A DNA stretch of 64,000 nt from an uncultured delta proteobacterium (GTDB lineage Bacteria; Myxococcota_A; UBA9160; SMWR01). The position numbers and the translations under genes are program-made. Within the stretch, counting starts at the first letter, position 1. Each line of letters begins with the position of its first letter. The notes beneath the pieces were generated by a model. It ran no database searches and was not told the DNA's origin. It saw only the letters and a program-made list of their open reading frames with translations. Shown in pieces: positions 1 to 9,396 of the stretch. The stretch spans positions 992,001 to 1,056,000 of the forward strand of contig CAWHTE010000007.1 of assembly GCA_963832165.1 (NCBI GenBank), given 5' to 3'.

Positions 1-580
1 GACCCAGCAGGTCCAGACCGATGAGCCACGGCTCGAGGACCTGATAGCCGAGCGCTCCACCCGCGAAGAACTGGGGATCGTCCTCGCTCGTGTCGCGGAC
101 GTTCACGCCGACGTTGCCGAACACCTGCCATTGCTCGTCGAGCTGCCAGCCGAGCGTGAGGTAGGGCGAGTGCACGGTCGCCTCACCCGACAAGCCGTCC
201 TCGCCGGTGGGCAGCCGGAGCGCGTAGGCCACCGCGGCGTCGGGAACCGCTCCACCCTGCTCGAGGAATCTCCACTTGAAGCCCAGTCCCAGGTCGCCGA
301 AATCAGCGCTCGGGGCGTCCCGTGCCTCGGATTTCAGGATTGCACCGTCGAGCGCGAGCTCGACTTTCGCCGGAAGACCCAGCGTGAGCGTTGCAGCGGG
401 CACGGAGTGGATGTTCACGTCCCGGTCGCGCACGAGCTCGTACCGGAGCAGGAACGTTCCCTTCCACTTCTCGGCCGTGCCCGGGTCATCCACCGCGAAG
501 GGCGGGCCCGCCGCGGCGGGCGCAGCGCATAGCAACAACGCGGCGGAGATGAGGGCTGTCGCTCCAGACGCTCTGGTCAA
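1..580 (-). CDS. Outer-membrane beta-barrel 'transporter' family protein (MetA-pathway-of-phenol-degradation-like), 3' end outside the window
   Basis: Manual translation from TTG 580 gives a signal peptide (ALISAALLLCAAPAAA), GPPFAVDDPG, DFGDLGLGFKWRF, and amphipathic strands. It is absent from the ORF track because it is truncated. Confidence 0.6.
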   Translation of the reverse strand, partial: MTRASGATALISAALLLCAAPAAAGPPFAVDDPGTAEKWKGTFLLRYELVRDRDVNIHSVPAATLTLGLPAKVELALDGAILKSEARDAPSADFGDLGLGFKWRFLEQGGAVPDAAVAYALRLPTGEDGLSGEATVHSPYLTLGWQLDEQWQVFGNVGVNVRDTSEDDPQFFAGGALGYQVLEPWLIGLDLLG

Positions 581-626
581 GGTCTAGCTCTGACCATCCA
601 CAACGCTAACCGCGGGCTCGCGCTGG

Positions 627-3287
627 CTAGGGCTCGTACGTCGCGCGGCCGCGCGGACGCGATCGCAGCATTTTTAGTTCTTCCTCGAGATCGTCTCTGG
701 TACGCAAGGCCCGCGGATCATCGGGGCGAAGTTCCAGGGCCTCTGCCAATAGCCGCACCCCTTGTGCCAAATCGGCAATCCGGCCTATTCCAGGGTTGCT
801 CACTTTCAGAAGCACCCTTCGATTCACAGCTCCGAGTTTTCGGTAGAACATTTCGGCTCTCGCGTAGCTCTCCTTGTCTCGATCCGTCGCACCCTCCAGG
901 AGCGGTACAAAACTACTGGCCCTCAGCGAATTCCATGTTTCGGCCCTCGGATAGAGGGAAGCGTTGTGCACATAAGCACTCACGGGCGAGGAGAACTCCA
1001 GGATCGGGCGATCATCGGTGTGCAGGGGGCCGGCTCCCGCAAAACGCCGGTAGCCTTCGTGATCCAGATACATGAAGTTCATGATCTGATACGGATCATC
1101 GACTCCCACACGCTCGAGATCGCGCCGCACCTCTGGCACGGCAAAGGCCTCCCTGAAGCGCTCGACGTCGAACCGAATGGGCCCCGGTGTGCCGATCAGG
1201 ATTGCGAAACTGGTTTTCGCGTGATCCATGAACCAGAGGCTGGCGTATGGAAAAACGCTCTGAAACGTGCGCAGCAGAATTCGAAGTTGATCCTCATAGT
1301 TCGACTTGGCCGGAATCCAGGCGCACGCGACCCCACCCTCGGCCAGACTCTTCTTCATGAGCTGAAAGTATTCTCTGCTGTAGAGACTGGCATTCTGCTT
1401 GTACTGCAGATTGGTCACATCCGTGGAGATGACGTCGTATTTTCTCGAAGTGGTATGCAAGTGGTCGCGCGCATCGTTCGAGATCAGGTGAAAACCGGCA
1501 GCCTTCATCACATCGTGATTGTGGTCGAGGAAATATCCGGCGCTGCGGAACACTTCCGGCTCGATTTCTACCGCGTAGGTCTCCACCCCATGCGTTGTCA
1601 TGGAGTAGGAAGTGCCGCCGCTGCCGAAACCCACGGTGAGCGCATTCGAGGGGTTGGGGTGCAGGAACAGCGGAATGTGCGCCAGCATCTTGCCGTCGAT
1701 GATCGACCCGGGAATGGTCGAGGCCACCGCCTGGTCATCGACATAGATCCGGCGGTAGGAGTTGGCGCTCGCGGGAGGCCGCTCCTCCTTCACGATGATC
1801 GTTCCGCTGGCCCCGGCCTTGTAGCGCAAGATGGTCGTTTCCTTGTCTCCTGCGCGCAGCGGACCTTCCCGCCATTTCCCGATCTGCTCGTCATAGTGAG
1901 CCTTGCCCCAGCGGAGGATCGGCGCCCCGTTCAGCATATACGCGCCGGAGAGCACGAGAACGAGCGCGCCGCTTGCATAGGCATAACTCTTCTGTTTCGG
2001 AGCCGTGTCGGGATGGATCCGCAGCGTGAGAAGCGCCAACACAGCACTGGTCGCACAGAAAACCGCCAGCGTTCCGCTGAGTCCGAACGCCGGGATGATC
2101 ATCAGGCCCGTAGCCAAGATGCCGAACGTCGCTCCGACGTTGCCGATGAAATAGATCCACCCCGACTGCTCGGCGATGTCTTTCTCGTCTTCGATCAACT
2201 TCTGACTGACTGCTGGATAGGCAAGACCCATGAAGATGGCCGGAACGAACATCAGCGACAGGGCGTAGACAACCTCGGCGAAGATCAGATCGCCCAGATT
2301 CAGGGCGCCGTCTCGGATCAGGCGGACCAATTGTCGCTCGAAGATCGGCGGCCAGAGATATGCGAAAGACACGCATGCCAGGGCGCTTGCGCCGACACCG
2401 AGATTCGCAATGAAGAAGATTTTCAACGCGGAAAGGCTTCGCGCGAGACTTCGGTAAAGAAGCAGACTGCCGAGCGAGAATCCCAGCAGATAGATCGCCA
2501 GCGCCAGGACGAAGGTGTAGACGCCGCTGCTGGTCAAGATGCCCAGCATGCGCAGCCAAAGTACTTCATAACCCAGGGCGAGGAAGCCCGAGCCAAAATA
2601 GATGGCCGCCAGCCAGTAGAACGTGCTGGGCAGTTTCGTCGCGATCGGCGCAGGTGTGGTGAAAGAAGAGCGTCGTGCTTTCTGAAGGGCACCGATGAAC
2701 ACCAGAGCATTCATGAAAACAGCGACGTGCATGGAATTCTCCATGCCAAGGGTTCTGATGAGCACAAAACCGGTCACGAGCCCGCCGAGAACCGCCCCGA
2801 GCGTGTTGACGCCGTACGCGAGGCCCACGTTTGCACCGACGCTCTGTTTCTTCATCTCGGCGAGGATGCGGTTCATCGCCGGGATCGTCGCGCCCATGCC
2901 CAGCGTGGCGGGCAACACCACGCCTACCGCCATCGAGAAGCGGGCGAGGAAGAAGAGCGCCGTGTCAGGGCTCTCGGCAGCCGAGGACTGCAAGAGCACG
3001 ACGTAGAGGTTCTCGATGCCGCGCAGCAGAAAAGGCAGGACGAGCGCACAGGCGCCGATCCACAATTCCGCCCCCGCGTAGAACGCAAGGGCGTTTGCGC
3101 GGCGCCTGAGAATCCGACCCCCGATCAGGCTGCCGAAGGCGATGCCGCAGAAGAAGCTCGTCAGCACCGCCGTGGTGGCTGGAGCGCTCGCGCCAAACAC
3201 CAGGAGCATCTGGCGCTGCCAAAGAGTCTCGTAGGCAAGCGCACTCGCCCCGGAGAAGAAGAACAACACCAGGATGCCCAAGTTCAT
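627..3287 (-). CDS. Fused MFS-like membrane domain / spermidine-synthase-like SAM-dependent domain protein with C-terminal TPR-like helix
   Basis: Starts FFFSGASALAYETLW with ~13 TM segments, then ALTVGFGSGGT, VEIEPEV, NDARDHL, LYSREYF, LHTDDRPILEF. ATG 3287 overlaps the upstream stop (TGATG). Confidence 0.85.
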   Translation of the reverse strand: MNLGILVLFFFSGASALAYETLWQRQMLLVFGASAPATTAVLTSFFCGIAFGSLIGGRILRRRANALAFYAGAELWIGACALVLPFLLRGIENLYVVLLQSSAAESPDTALFFLARFSMAVGVVLPATLGMGATIPAMNRILAEMKKQSVGANVGLAYGVNTLGAVLGGLVTGFVLIRTLGMENSMHVAVFMNALVFIGALQKARRSSFTTPAPIATKLPSTFYWLAAIYFGSGFLALGYEVLWLRMLGILTSSGVYTFVLALAIYLLGFSLGSLLLYRSLARSLSALKIFFIANLGVGASALACVSFAYLWPPIFERQLVRLIRDGALNLGDLIFAEVVYALSLMFVPAIFMGLAYPAVSQKLIEDEKDIAEQSGWIYFIGNVGATFGILATGLMIIPAFGLSGTLAVFCATSAVLALLTLRIHPDTAPKQKSYAYASGALVLVLSGAYMLNGAPILRWGKAHYDEQIGKWREGPLRAGDKETTILRYKAGASGTIIVKEERPPASANSYRRIYVDDQAVASTIPGSIIDGKMLAHIPLFLHPNPSNALTVGFGSGGTSYSMTTHGVETYAVEIEPEVFRSAGYFLDHNHDVMKAAGFHLISNDARDHLHTTSRKYDVISTDVTNLQYKQNASLYSREYFQLMKKSLAEGGVACAWIPAKSNYEDQLRILLRTFQSVFPYASLWFMDHAKTSFAILIGTPGPIRFDVERFREAFAVPEVRRDLERVGVDDPYQIMNFMYLDHEGYRRFAGAGPLHTDDRPILEFSSPVSAYVHNASLYPRAETWNSLRASSFVPLLEGATDRDKESYARAEMFYRKLGAVNRRVLLKVSNPGIGRIADLAQGVRLLAEALELRPDDPRALRTRDDLEEELKMLRSRPRGRATYEP

Positions 3288-4189
3288 CAGGGCCCCTGGG
3301 ACAGATATCGAATTCCAGTCATCGATTCGGATGATGCCCAAAGCCGGCTTCCGAGGTCTGCGTCTCTCGCGATCGGATTGACGCGGGCCTTTCCGGGTTC
3401 ACCTCGAATCTCGAGCAAGCCGGTCGGGCCGTAATAGTCTCCGCCCGTTGGACGGTCGGAGCAGGCGGCATGAATGATCGGGATCGCGGCCTGCGCGGCG
3501 GTCGGTATCACCAGCTGCTCGAGCATCGCGTTGAACCACTTGCCGAATCGATTCCGGGGGCTCACGAGCGTGTTATGTCTTCCGATGTCGGTCGCAGCAA
3601 ACCCGGGGTGAGCGCCCAACGCGATGATGTTGCTGCGGCGCTGCTGCAGGCGTCGATTCAATTCCATCGTGAAGGTGACCATCGCCAGCTTGCTTCGGGC
3701 GTAGGCCTTCCATTCGTTGTAGGGGGTCTTTTCCCAGTTCAGGTCCTCCAGGTCGAGCTTCGCGAAGCGATGCCCCAGGCTCCCGACATTGACGACGCGC
3801 GCGGTCGCGTCCGTGCGGAACAGCGGCAGCAGCCTGCCGGTCAGCTCGAACGCTCCCAGATAGTTGGTGGCGAGCTGCAGCTCGTGTCCAACGCTATTGC
3901 GTGTCAGGGGCAGGGCGACGATGCCGGCGTTGTTGATCAGGATGTCCAGCTGTCCGACCTGATCCGCTAGCTGTCGGGCGAATGCGCGAATCGAGGCCGG
4001 TTCGGAGACATCCAGCGGAAGGATCGTCACCTGGCTGTGCGGAGCTGCCTCGAGAAGATCGCTGCGTGCCTTTCGGGCCTTCTCGAGGTTTCTACACGCC
4101 ATCACGATGTGCGCATCCGTGCGAGCGAGCTTCAACGCGGTCTGGAATCCCAGACCTGCATTGGCTCCCGTGATCACGACGGTCTGCAC
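3287..4189 (-). CDS. SDR family oxidoreductase (retinol-dehydrogenase/WWOX-like)
   Basis: VITGANAGLG, LINNAG, YARSK (YxxxK), AHPG. Start is GTG 4189 (GAGGA upstream) or ATG 4210. Confidence 0.9.
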   Translation of the reverse strand: MQTVVITGANAGLGFQTALKLARTDAHIVMACRNLEKARKARSDLLEAAPHSQVTILPLDVSEPASIRAFARQLADQVGQLDILINNAGIVALPLTRNSVGHELQLATNYLGAFELTGRLLPLFRTDATARVVNVGSLGHRFAKLDLEDLNWEKTPYNEWKAYARSKLAMVTFTMELNRRLQQRRSNIIALGAHPGFAATDIGRHNTLVSPRNRFGKWFNAMLEQLVIPTAAQAAIPIIHAACSDRPTGGDYYGPTGLLEIRGEPGKARVNPIARDADLGSRLWASSESMTGIRYLSQGP

Positions 4190-4333
4190 TCGATCCTCGC
4201 ACGGCCCCATTTGGAAGGATCGGTGGGTCGCCTGGAACCCGATTTCCACGCGAACGGAACGCTCGTTCCTATTCACCTTGGCGTCACCTCTCAAGAGCCC
4301 TTCCAATCCAGGGTGTTGCACGGGAAGTTGCCC

Positions 4334-4349
4334 AGGAACGCAACTTGCA
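4334..4349 (+). promoter_or_regulatory. Putative sigma54 (-24/-12) promoter of the PEP-CTERM gene
   Basis: AGGAACGCAACTTGCA has GG-N10-GC spacing, about 50 nt upstream of the start. PEP-CTERM genes are known to be sigma54/PrsR-associated. Confidence 0.55.
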
Positions 4350-4399
4350 AATGGCGACAGCAGGGAAGACGGTGTTCCTCGGGGCGTCGTGGGGAGGGG

Positions 4400-5149
4400 A
4401 TGATGATGAGCTGGTTCGCCCGCGCGGCAGTGGTAGCGCTCCTGGCTTTCGGTGCGAGTCTTTCGCTCGCCACCTCCGCTTCGGCTGTGAGCGTCTCGCT
4501 CCAGCTCTTCGTCGGTGGCCAGCAGGTGGGGTATTACGACGAGGTAAGGCTCGGGTGCTCCCCGGGAGACGTCGTCTCGCAATGCACGACTACGACGCCA
4601 ATCGTCGCGGGCGACCTGAGGCTCGACAGCTGGGACCTGTTCCTCGACAACGACCCCGTGGTCTCGGGGCCCGTCGTGGTCACGAACTTGAACCCGCTCC
4701 TGTCCCAGCAGTTCACGCTGATCTTCACGCTGCCGACGGGTCCGATTCTGCCCTCGACCCTGATCGGCGGGTCGGTCCAGGGCGGCATGACCGACAACAA
4801 CGGCGACGACGCGACCGTCTCCACGGCCGCGGGGAGCGCCTTCTACTCTGCCCTGATCGACGGCGTGACGGTGCAGCCCCTCTACGGTGACCCGCAATCG
4901 TTCTCCGCCGGAGGGCCGAACCTGAGCGGCAACATTCCGAGCCTGGCCTTCGGGACGCCGATCCCCAGCCAGGCTGGGCCTGCGGTAGTCGCGAACATCG
5001 GAATCAAGATCGACTTCATTCTCACGGCGGCGGATTCCGCGTCGTTCACGAGCGTCTTCCGCGTGGAGCCGATCCCGGAGCCCTCCACCGCAGTGCTCTT
5101 GGGCTTGGGCCTGGCAGGGATTGCCCTGGTCGGCCGGGGGCGGTCCTAA
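4400..5149 (+). CDS. PEP-CTERM sorting domain protein
   Basis: Signal peptide, Thr/Ser/Gly/Pro-rich body, C-terminus IPEPSTAVLLGLGLAGIALVGRGRS. GGGGAGGGG RBS. Confidence 0.9.
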   Translation: MMMSWFARAAVVALLAFGASLSLATSASAVSVSLQLFVGGQQVGYYDEVRLGCSPGDVVSQCTTTTPIVAGDLRLDSWDLFLDNDPVVSGPVVVTNLNPLLSQQFTLIFTLPTGPILPSTLIGGSVQGGMTDNNGDDATVSTAAGSAFYSALIDGVTVQPLYGDPQSFSAGGPNLSGNIPSLAFGTPIPSQAGPAVVANIGIKIDFILTAADSASFTSVFRVEPIPEPSTAVLLGLGLAGIALVGRGRS

Positions 5150-5862
5150 GCGACTCCGCGCGCCCCTGCTGCGGCCGCTTTCGCGACGAGCTCACCGTAT
5201 CGCTTCATGCGGGCGAGAGTGATCCGGCTGGTGGGGCCGCACACGATCAGGGCGGCGAGCGGGTAGCCGTCGAGATCGAGGATGGGAGCGCCGACGACGC
5301 GCACGTCGGCGACGATCTCCCGGTCGTTCATCGCCCAGCCGCGGCGGCGGACGGCGGTCAGCGTCTGGTCATCATCGAGGGCAGGGTGGGCCCGGCGCAG
5401 CGCCGCGAGCTCTGCCGGTGGAGAGTGCGCGGCGATCACGCGAGCCGCCGAGCTCCCGACGAGCGGGAGCTCGGATCCGACAGGTGCACTGATCCGCAAC
5501 GGGTGCCGACTCTCGACCACCTCGTGCACCGTCAGACGGGCGTGGTCGATCGCGACGAGCATCACGGTCTCGCCCGTCTGATCGCGCAGCGTTTCCATCC
5601 GAGGCCGCATGCTCGCAGCGAGCGCGGCGGTCGATGCGCGCCGCGCAAGCCGCCCGAGCGCAGCGGCGATCTGCCAGCGACCGTCGCTGGTCCGGTCGAG
5701 CCAACCGGCACGGTGCAGCGTCACGGCGAGGCGGTGGGCTGCGCTCTTCTCGATCCCGGAAAGCCGGGCGAGCTCGCTCACCCCCAGCGGCTGGCGCTCC
5801 GCGACGGTCTCGACCAACGCACACGCGTTGCGCACCGATCGGATCTCCTTGACGGACGACAC
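5146..5862 (-). CDS. IclR family transcriptional regulator
   Basis: N-terminal HTH (GVSELARLSGIEKSAAHRL), TGETVML, RRRGWAMNDRE, VGAPI. Confidence 0.9.
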   Translation of the reverse strand: MSSVKEIRSVRNACALVETVAERQPLGVSELARLSGIEKSAAHRLAVTLHRAGWLDRTSDGRWQIAAALGRLARRASTAALAASMRPRMETLRDQTGETVMLVAIDHARLTVHEVVESRHPLRISAPVGSELPLVGSSAARVIAAHSPPAELAALRRAHPALDDDQTLTAVRRRGWAMNDREIVADVRVVGAPILDLDGYPLAALIVCGPTSRITLARMKRYGELVAKAAAAGARGVA

Positions 5863-5893
5863 GGCACTCCCATAAGGTATTCAGAGAAACAGG

Positions 5894-5912
5894 CGTGTTG
5901 CATAGTAACACG
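5894..5912. promoter_or_regulatory. Imperfect palindrome, likely IclR operator
   Basis: CGTGTTGCATAGTAACACG lies between the divergent iclR-like and dioxygenase genes. Confidence 0.5.
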
Positions 5913-5930
5913 TTCGCTGAAGGAGGAATC

Positions 5931-7190
5931 ATGCCGACGGACAACTCGGGTTCGAGCTTGCCGTGGGTCGAGGCGGTCGCGCGTTCCTTCGAGCCCTATT
6001 CCTTCCTGGAGTTCCATCGCGCGAGCTTGCCGGCGCTGATCGCGCGAAACGGGCATCTCGTCCGAAGCGATCTGTCCGGCACACCTTCGCTCGCGTTCCG
6101 CGTGAACGGCGACGCTTTCACGTGGGTCGCTTCCGACGAGGGCGTGCGCGTCGTCGTGGGGGACGCCGGTGCGGACACCCTGGTGGAGCTGTCCGAGGCG
6201 ACCTTCTCGGAATTCATTCACGAGCTGCTCACGGCCTCGGGCGCCGTGATGACGGGCCGCGCGAAGCTGGCGAATGGAGACCTCGCCGGGTGGAAGCGCT
6301 GGGAGCCGGCGATCCAGTCGCTCTGCTCAGGCCGCGAGATCTACGGCGCCGGGGTTTGGCGCACGTTGCTCGATCGATCGGGCAAGCCGCTCGATCTGCA
6401 GCGCACGTTCTCGCCGGACGACGACCTCGAGGAGATGCGTTCCTACTTCTTGACCGCGGGCTACCTGCACTTGAAGGCGGTGTTCACGCGAACGGAGGTC
6501 GAGCACTACGGCACCGAGGTCGAGCAGGTCCGCGCCAAGACCACGCCAGGCGATCCGTTCTCGTGGTGGTCCGTCAATGCAGCAGGTCGCGAGGTGGTGA
6601 CGCGCATCAACTATCTCGGCCGACATTCCTCGGCACTGCAGGCGCTCTCGCACGACCCGCGCCTGCTTCGCTTCGCGCGGCTCGCCGGCCCCGACCTGCG
6701 TGTGTGTGACGATCGCCTCGACGGTCCCATGGTCTTCATCAAGAACGCGAATGTGGTGAAGGGACAGGGCGACCTCGGCTGGCACGTCGATGACGGCCTC
6801 GGTGGACATCCCGTGATGTGTCCGCTGATCCAGTGCGGCATCCAGCTGGATCACGCGAACGCGGCGAACGGACAGCTCAAGGTGCTCGCCGGATCGCACC
6901 GCTATGCGAAGCACTGGATCGCGTGGGGCGAAGAGCACGACCTACCCGCGGTGGCGCTCGATACCGAGCCCGGCGATCTCACGGTCCACTACGGCGATGC
7001 GATGCACACGACGCCCCCGCCCACCTCGGAGGACGCCCGTCGTCGCGCCCTCTACTACAAGTTCGCCGAGCCGAAGACCTTCGCCTACGTGCCGGCGCAC
7101 TGTCACTACAACGATGCGCTGTTCCGGGCCGACGCTGCGGGACACAGTGCGAGCCGCGCCGCCGCGAGAGACGCGGTAAAGACCTACTGA
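5931..7190 (+). CDS. Phytanoyl-CoA dioxygenase (PhyH) family Fe(II)/2OG oxygenase with N-terminal SCP2-like region
   Basis: GYLHLKAVF, WHVDD (HxD), NGQLKVLAGSH, PGDLTVH...MH. AAGGAGG RBS. Confidence 0.75.
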   Translation: MPTDNSGSSLPWVEAVARSFEPYSFLEFHRASLPALIARNGHLVRSDLSGTPSLAFRVNGDAFTWVASDEGVRVVVGDAGADTLVELSEATFSEFIHELLTASGAVMTGRAKLANGDLAGWKRWEPAIQSLCSGREIYGAGVWRTLLDRSGKPLDLQRTFSPDDDLEEMRSYFLTAGYLHLKAVFTRTEVEHYGTEVEQVRAKTTPGDPFSWWSVNAAGREVVTRINYLGRHSSALQALSHDPRLLRFARLAGPDLRVCDDRLDGPMVFIKNANVVKGQGDLGWHVDDGLGGHPVMCPLIQCGIQLDHANAANGQLKVLAGSHRYAKHWIAWGEEHDLPAVALDTEPGDLTVHYGDAMHTTPPPTSEDARRRALYYKFAEPKTFAYVPAHCHYNDALFRADAAGHSASRAAARDAVKTY

Positions 7191-7194
7191 CGCG

Positions 7195-8364
7195 ATGGAC
7201 GAGATCGTGGCCGTGACCGAGGACGCGCCCTTGGTTCACGGCGTATGCCCCCGCGAGCTCGCTGCGGTCCGCCAGGCCTTCACCGAGAACTTCACCGAAC
7301 GCGGCGAGGTCGGTGCGGCTCTCTGCGTGCTCATCGACGGCGACGTGATGGTCGACCTGGTCGGCGGCTGGGCTGATGTCGCTCGCACGAATCCCTGGAC
7401 GGGCGACACGCTCGTGAACGTGTACTCGGCGGGCAAGGCCGTCCTCGCGACGCTCGCGCTGCAGCTCGTGGAAGCAGGCCGGCTCGACCTCGACACGCCG
7501 ATCGCGTCGCTGTGGCCGGAGTTCGCCGTGGGCGGGAAGCACCGCGCCACGGTGCGGCACGCGTTCGCACACTTGGCCGGGGTTCCGGCGATCCGCGAGC
7601 CGCTCACCAACGACGACCTGTGGAACTGGGAGCGGATGGTCGGGGCGCTCGCGGCAACCGATGCGTGGTTCGAACCGGGGAGCCGCGTCGTGTACCACAC
7701 CAACACCTACGGGCACTTGCTGGGTGAGATCGTGCATCGCGCGGGCGGGTTGATGCCTGCCGATGCGCTGCGGCGGCTCGCGACCGAGATCGGAGCCGAC
7801 GTGTGGTGCGCGTTGCCGCCCGACGCGCAGAGCCGGTGCGCTGAGGTGATCTTCGAGTCGCCACCCGCGCTGCGCGACGCGCTCGCCACGGCCGCAGCGT
7901 CGCGCGATGAGGCAAGCCGGATGATCGCGCTCGCGTACATGAACCCACCGGGTTACGGCTCGGGCGGTGTCGTCAACACACCCGAGTGGCGAGGCGCGCA
8001 ACTACTGGCCGCGAATGCTCACGCGACCGCGCGCGGGCTCGCGCAGCTCTACGCGGCGCTCTTGGTGCCGAACCGGATCGTGTCGTCGGACCTGATCACC
8101 GAGGCGACACGAGTCCAATCCTCTGGATCGTGCCCGGTGCTCGGTGAGCACATCGAGTTCGGACTCGGGTTCGTTCCGACATCATCACGCCGACGACTGG
8201 GTCGCAGCAAGCGCGCGTTCGGGCACTTCGGCACCGGAGGTGCGGTCGGCTTCGCCGATCCCGAGACCGGCGCCGCCTTCGGGTACGTTACGAATCGCGT
8301 CGCGCCAGGTTGGCAGACCAAACGCAATCGGGCCCTCCTCGACGCGCTCGACGCCGCGCTATGA
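7195..8364 (+). CDS. Serine hydrolase, beta-lactamase/EstA family
   Basis: YSAGK (SxxK), LWPEF, EPGSRVVYH, FGHFGTGG. Confidence 0.9.
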   Translation: MDEIVAVTEDAPLVHGVCPRELAAVRQAFTENFTERGEVGAALCVLIDGDVMVDLVGGWADVARTNPWTGDTLVNVYSAGKAVLATLALQLVEAGRLDLDTPIASLWPEFAVGGKHRATVRHAFAHLAGVPAIREPLTNDDLWNWERMVGALAATDAWFEPGSRVVYHTNTYGHLLGEIVHRAGGLMPADALRRLATEIGADVWCALPPDAQSRCAEVIFESPPALRDALATAAASRDEASRMIALAYMNPPGYGSGGVVNTPEWRGAQLLAANAHATARGLAQLYAALLVPNRIVSSDLITEATRVQSSGSCPVLGEHIEFGLGFVPTSSRRRLGRSKRAFGHFGTGGAVGFADPETGAAFGYVTNRVAPGWQTKRNRALLDALDAAL

Positions 8365-9396
8365 CGCGCGGGCCTCGACCGCGGCCGCTAGGGACGACGA
8401 CTCTTCGATCACCGGTCCCAGATCTCCGATCATGCACTTGACCGACCCGCCGCCCTTCTTGAGAAACTCGGAGACGTCAGTCGTGAGCGGCGTGACGCCG
8501 CGCTCGCGCACCTGCGCAAGCAGGCGGTCCGAGACGCCGCGCGGAAGGATCAAGTAGGACTCGCTCGTCTGGCCGCTCGGGGTGTAGGTGAAGCTGTTCG
8601 CGGCATACCGCTGCGCGTCTTCGACCGAGAGCTCGATCAGCGCGTCGCCGAATGCCGCCGCGAGGCGTGGCCAGTCGTCCGGCGCGATCGCGTCGCGATA
8701 TGCGAGCAGGAACTCGCGCGCGGGGCCGAACGCGGCGAGCGCGGTGTCACCGTGGTAGTGCGCTTCGAGCACGAGCTCGACCCGCAGCACTTCGAGGGGT
8801 GCGAGTCGCGGAGCGAATCGCTCGAGCACGCGCGCGTCGGTGCGGAAGCCGTACACGCGCTTCCAGGGCGGGATCGCGAGCGCGGGGACGAAGCGCTGCT
8901 GCTCGAGGCGGCCATGCGTGAACAGGTAGCGGCCGCGCGCAGGGAACAGGTCGGCCTCGCCCTCGAAGCGCAGCGGCGGGTCGAGCTGCTCGGTCGGGAT
9001 GCCGACTTCCGCGAGCACGCGAGAGTAGTGAGCCGGCTCGCCCGCGCGCGTCGGCAGCAGGTTCGAGAGCACGAAGCGCTTCTCTCTCGCGCGCTGCGGC
9101 GCGTCGACGTCGAACAGGAATCCCGCGTTGGCGGGATAGACGGTACCGGGCCATTCCGCGACGGGCGGCACGACGACGACCCGGATGCCGAGCTCTTCGA
9201 GCTGCGAGCGCAGGGCGTGCCACTGTGCGATCGCGAGCTGCTTGTCGACGTGCCGGCGCGTTCCCCAGCGCGTGCGCGTATGCGGATTCGCACCACCCCT
9301 GACGCTGAAATGCGTCGGGTCTCCCATGAGGACCCAACGCTGGCCCGCCTTATGGACTTCGCTCGCCTGCGGCTCGCTGCGCGAAACTTGCGTCAC
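8359..9396 (-). CDS. Amidinotransferase/pentein superfamily hydrolase (ArgZ-N/DDAH-like)
   Basis: WPGTVYPANAG, FEGEAD, YGFRTD, HYHGDT, EFLKKGGGSVKCM (catalytic Cys). GTGA overlap with the astD stop. Confidence 0.85.
   Translation of the reverse strand: MTQVSRSEPQASEVHKAGQRWVLMGDPTHFSVRGGANPHTRTRWGTRRHVDKQLAIAQWHALRSQLEELGIRVVVVPPVAEWPGTVYPANAGFLFDVDAPQRAREKRFVLSNLLPTRAGEPAHYSRVLAEVGIPTEQLDPPLRFEGEADLFPARGRYLFTHGRLEQQRFVPALAIPPWKRVYGFRTDARVLERFAPRLAPLEVLRVELVLEAHYHGDTALAAFGPAREFLLAYRDAIAPDDWPRLAAAFGDALIELSVEDAQRYAANSFTYTPSGQTSESYLILPRGVSDRLLAQVRERGVTPLTTDVSEFLKKGGGSVKCMIGDLGPVIEESSSLAAAVEARAS
9352..9392 (-). repeat. Dispersed ~40-bp repeat, copy A (in frame, encodes QVSRSEPQASEVH)
   Basis: The reverse complement CGCAAGTTTCGCGCAGCGAGCCGCAGGCGAGCGAAGTCCAT shares its first 20 nt exactly with 38172-38191. 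Confidence 0.8.

Noticed and set aside
762..3434. Long antisense or alternative-frame ORFs (e.g. 762-3434, 9867-12215, 21369-24026, 55794-57833, the 5' part of 58945-62385)
   Set aside because: They are Arg/Ala/Gly-rich shadow frames of real genes, expected in high-GC DNA, with no recognisable motifs.
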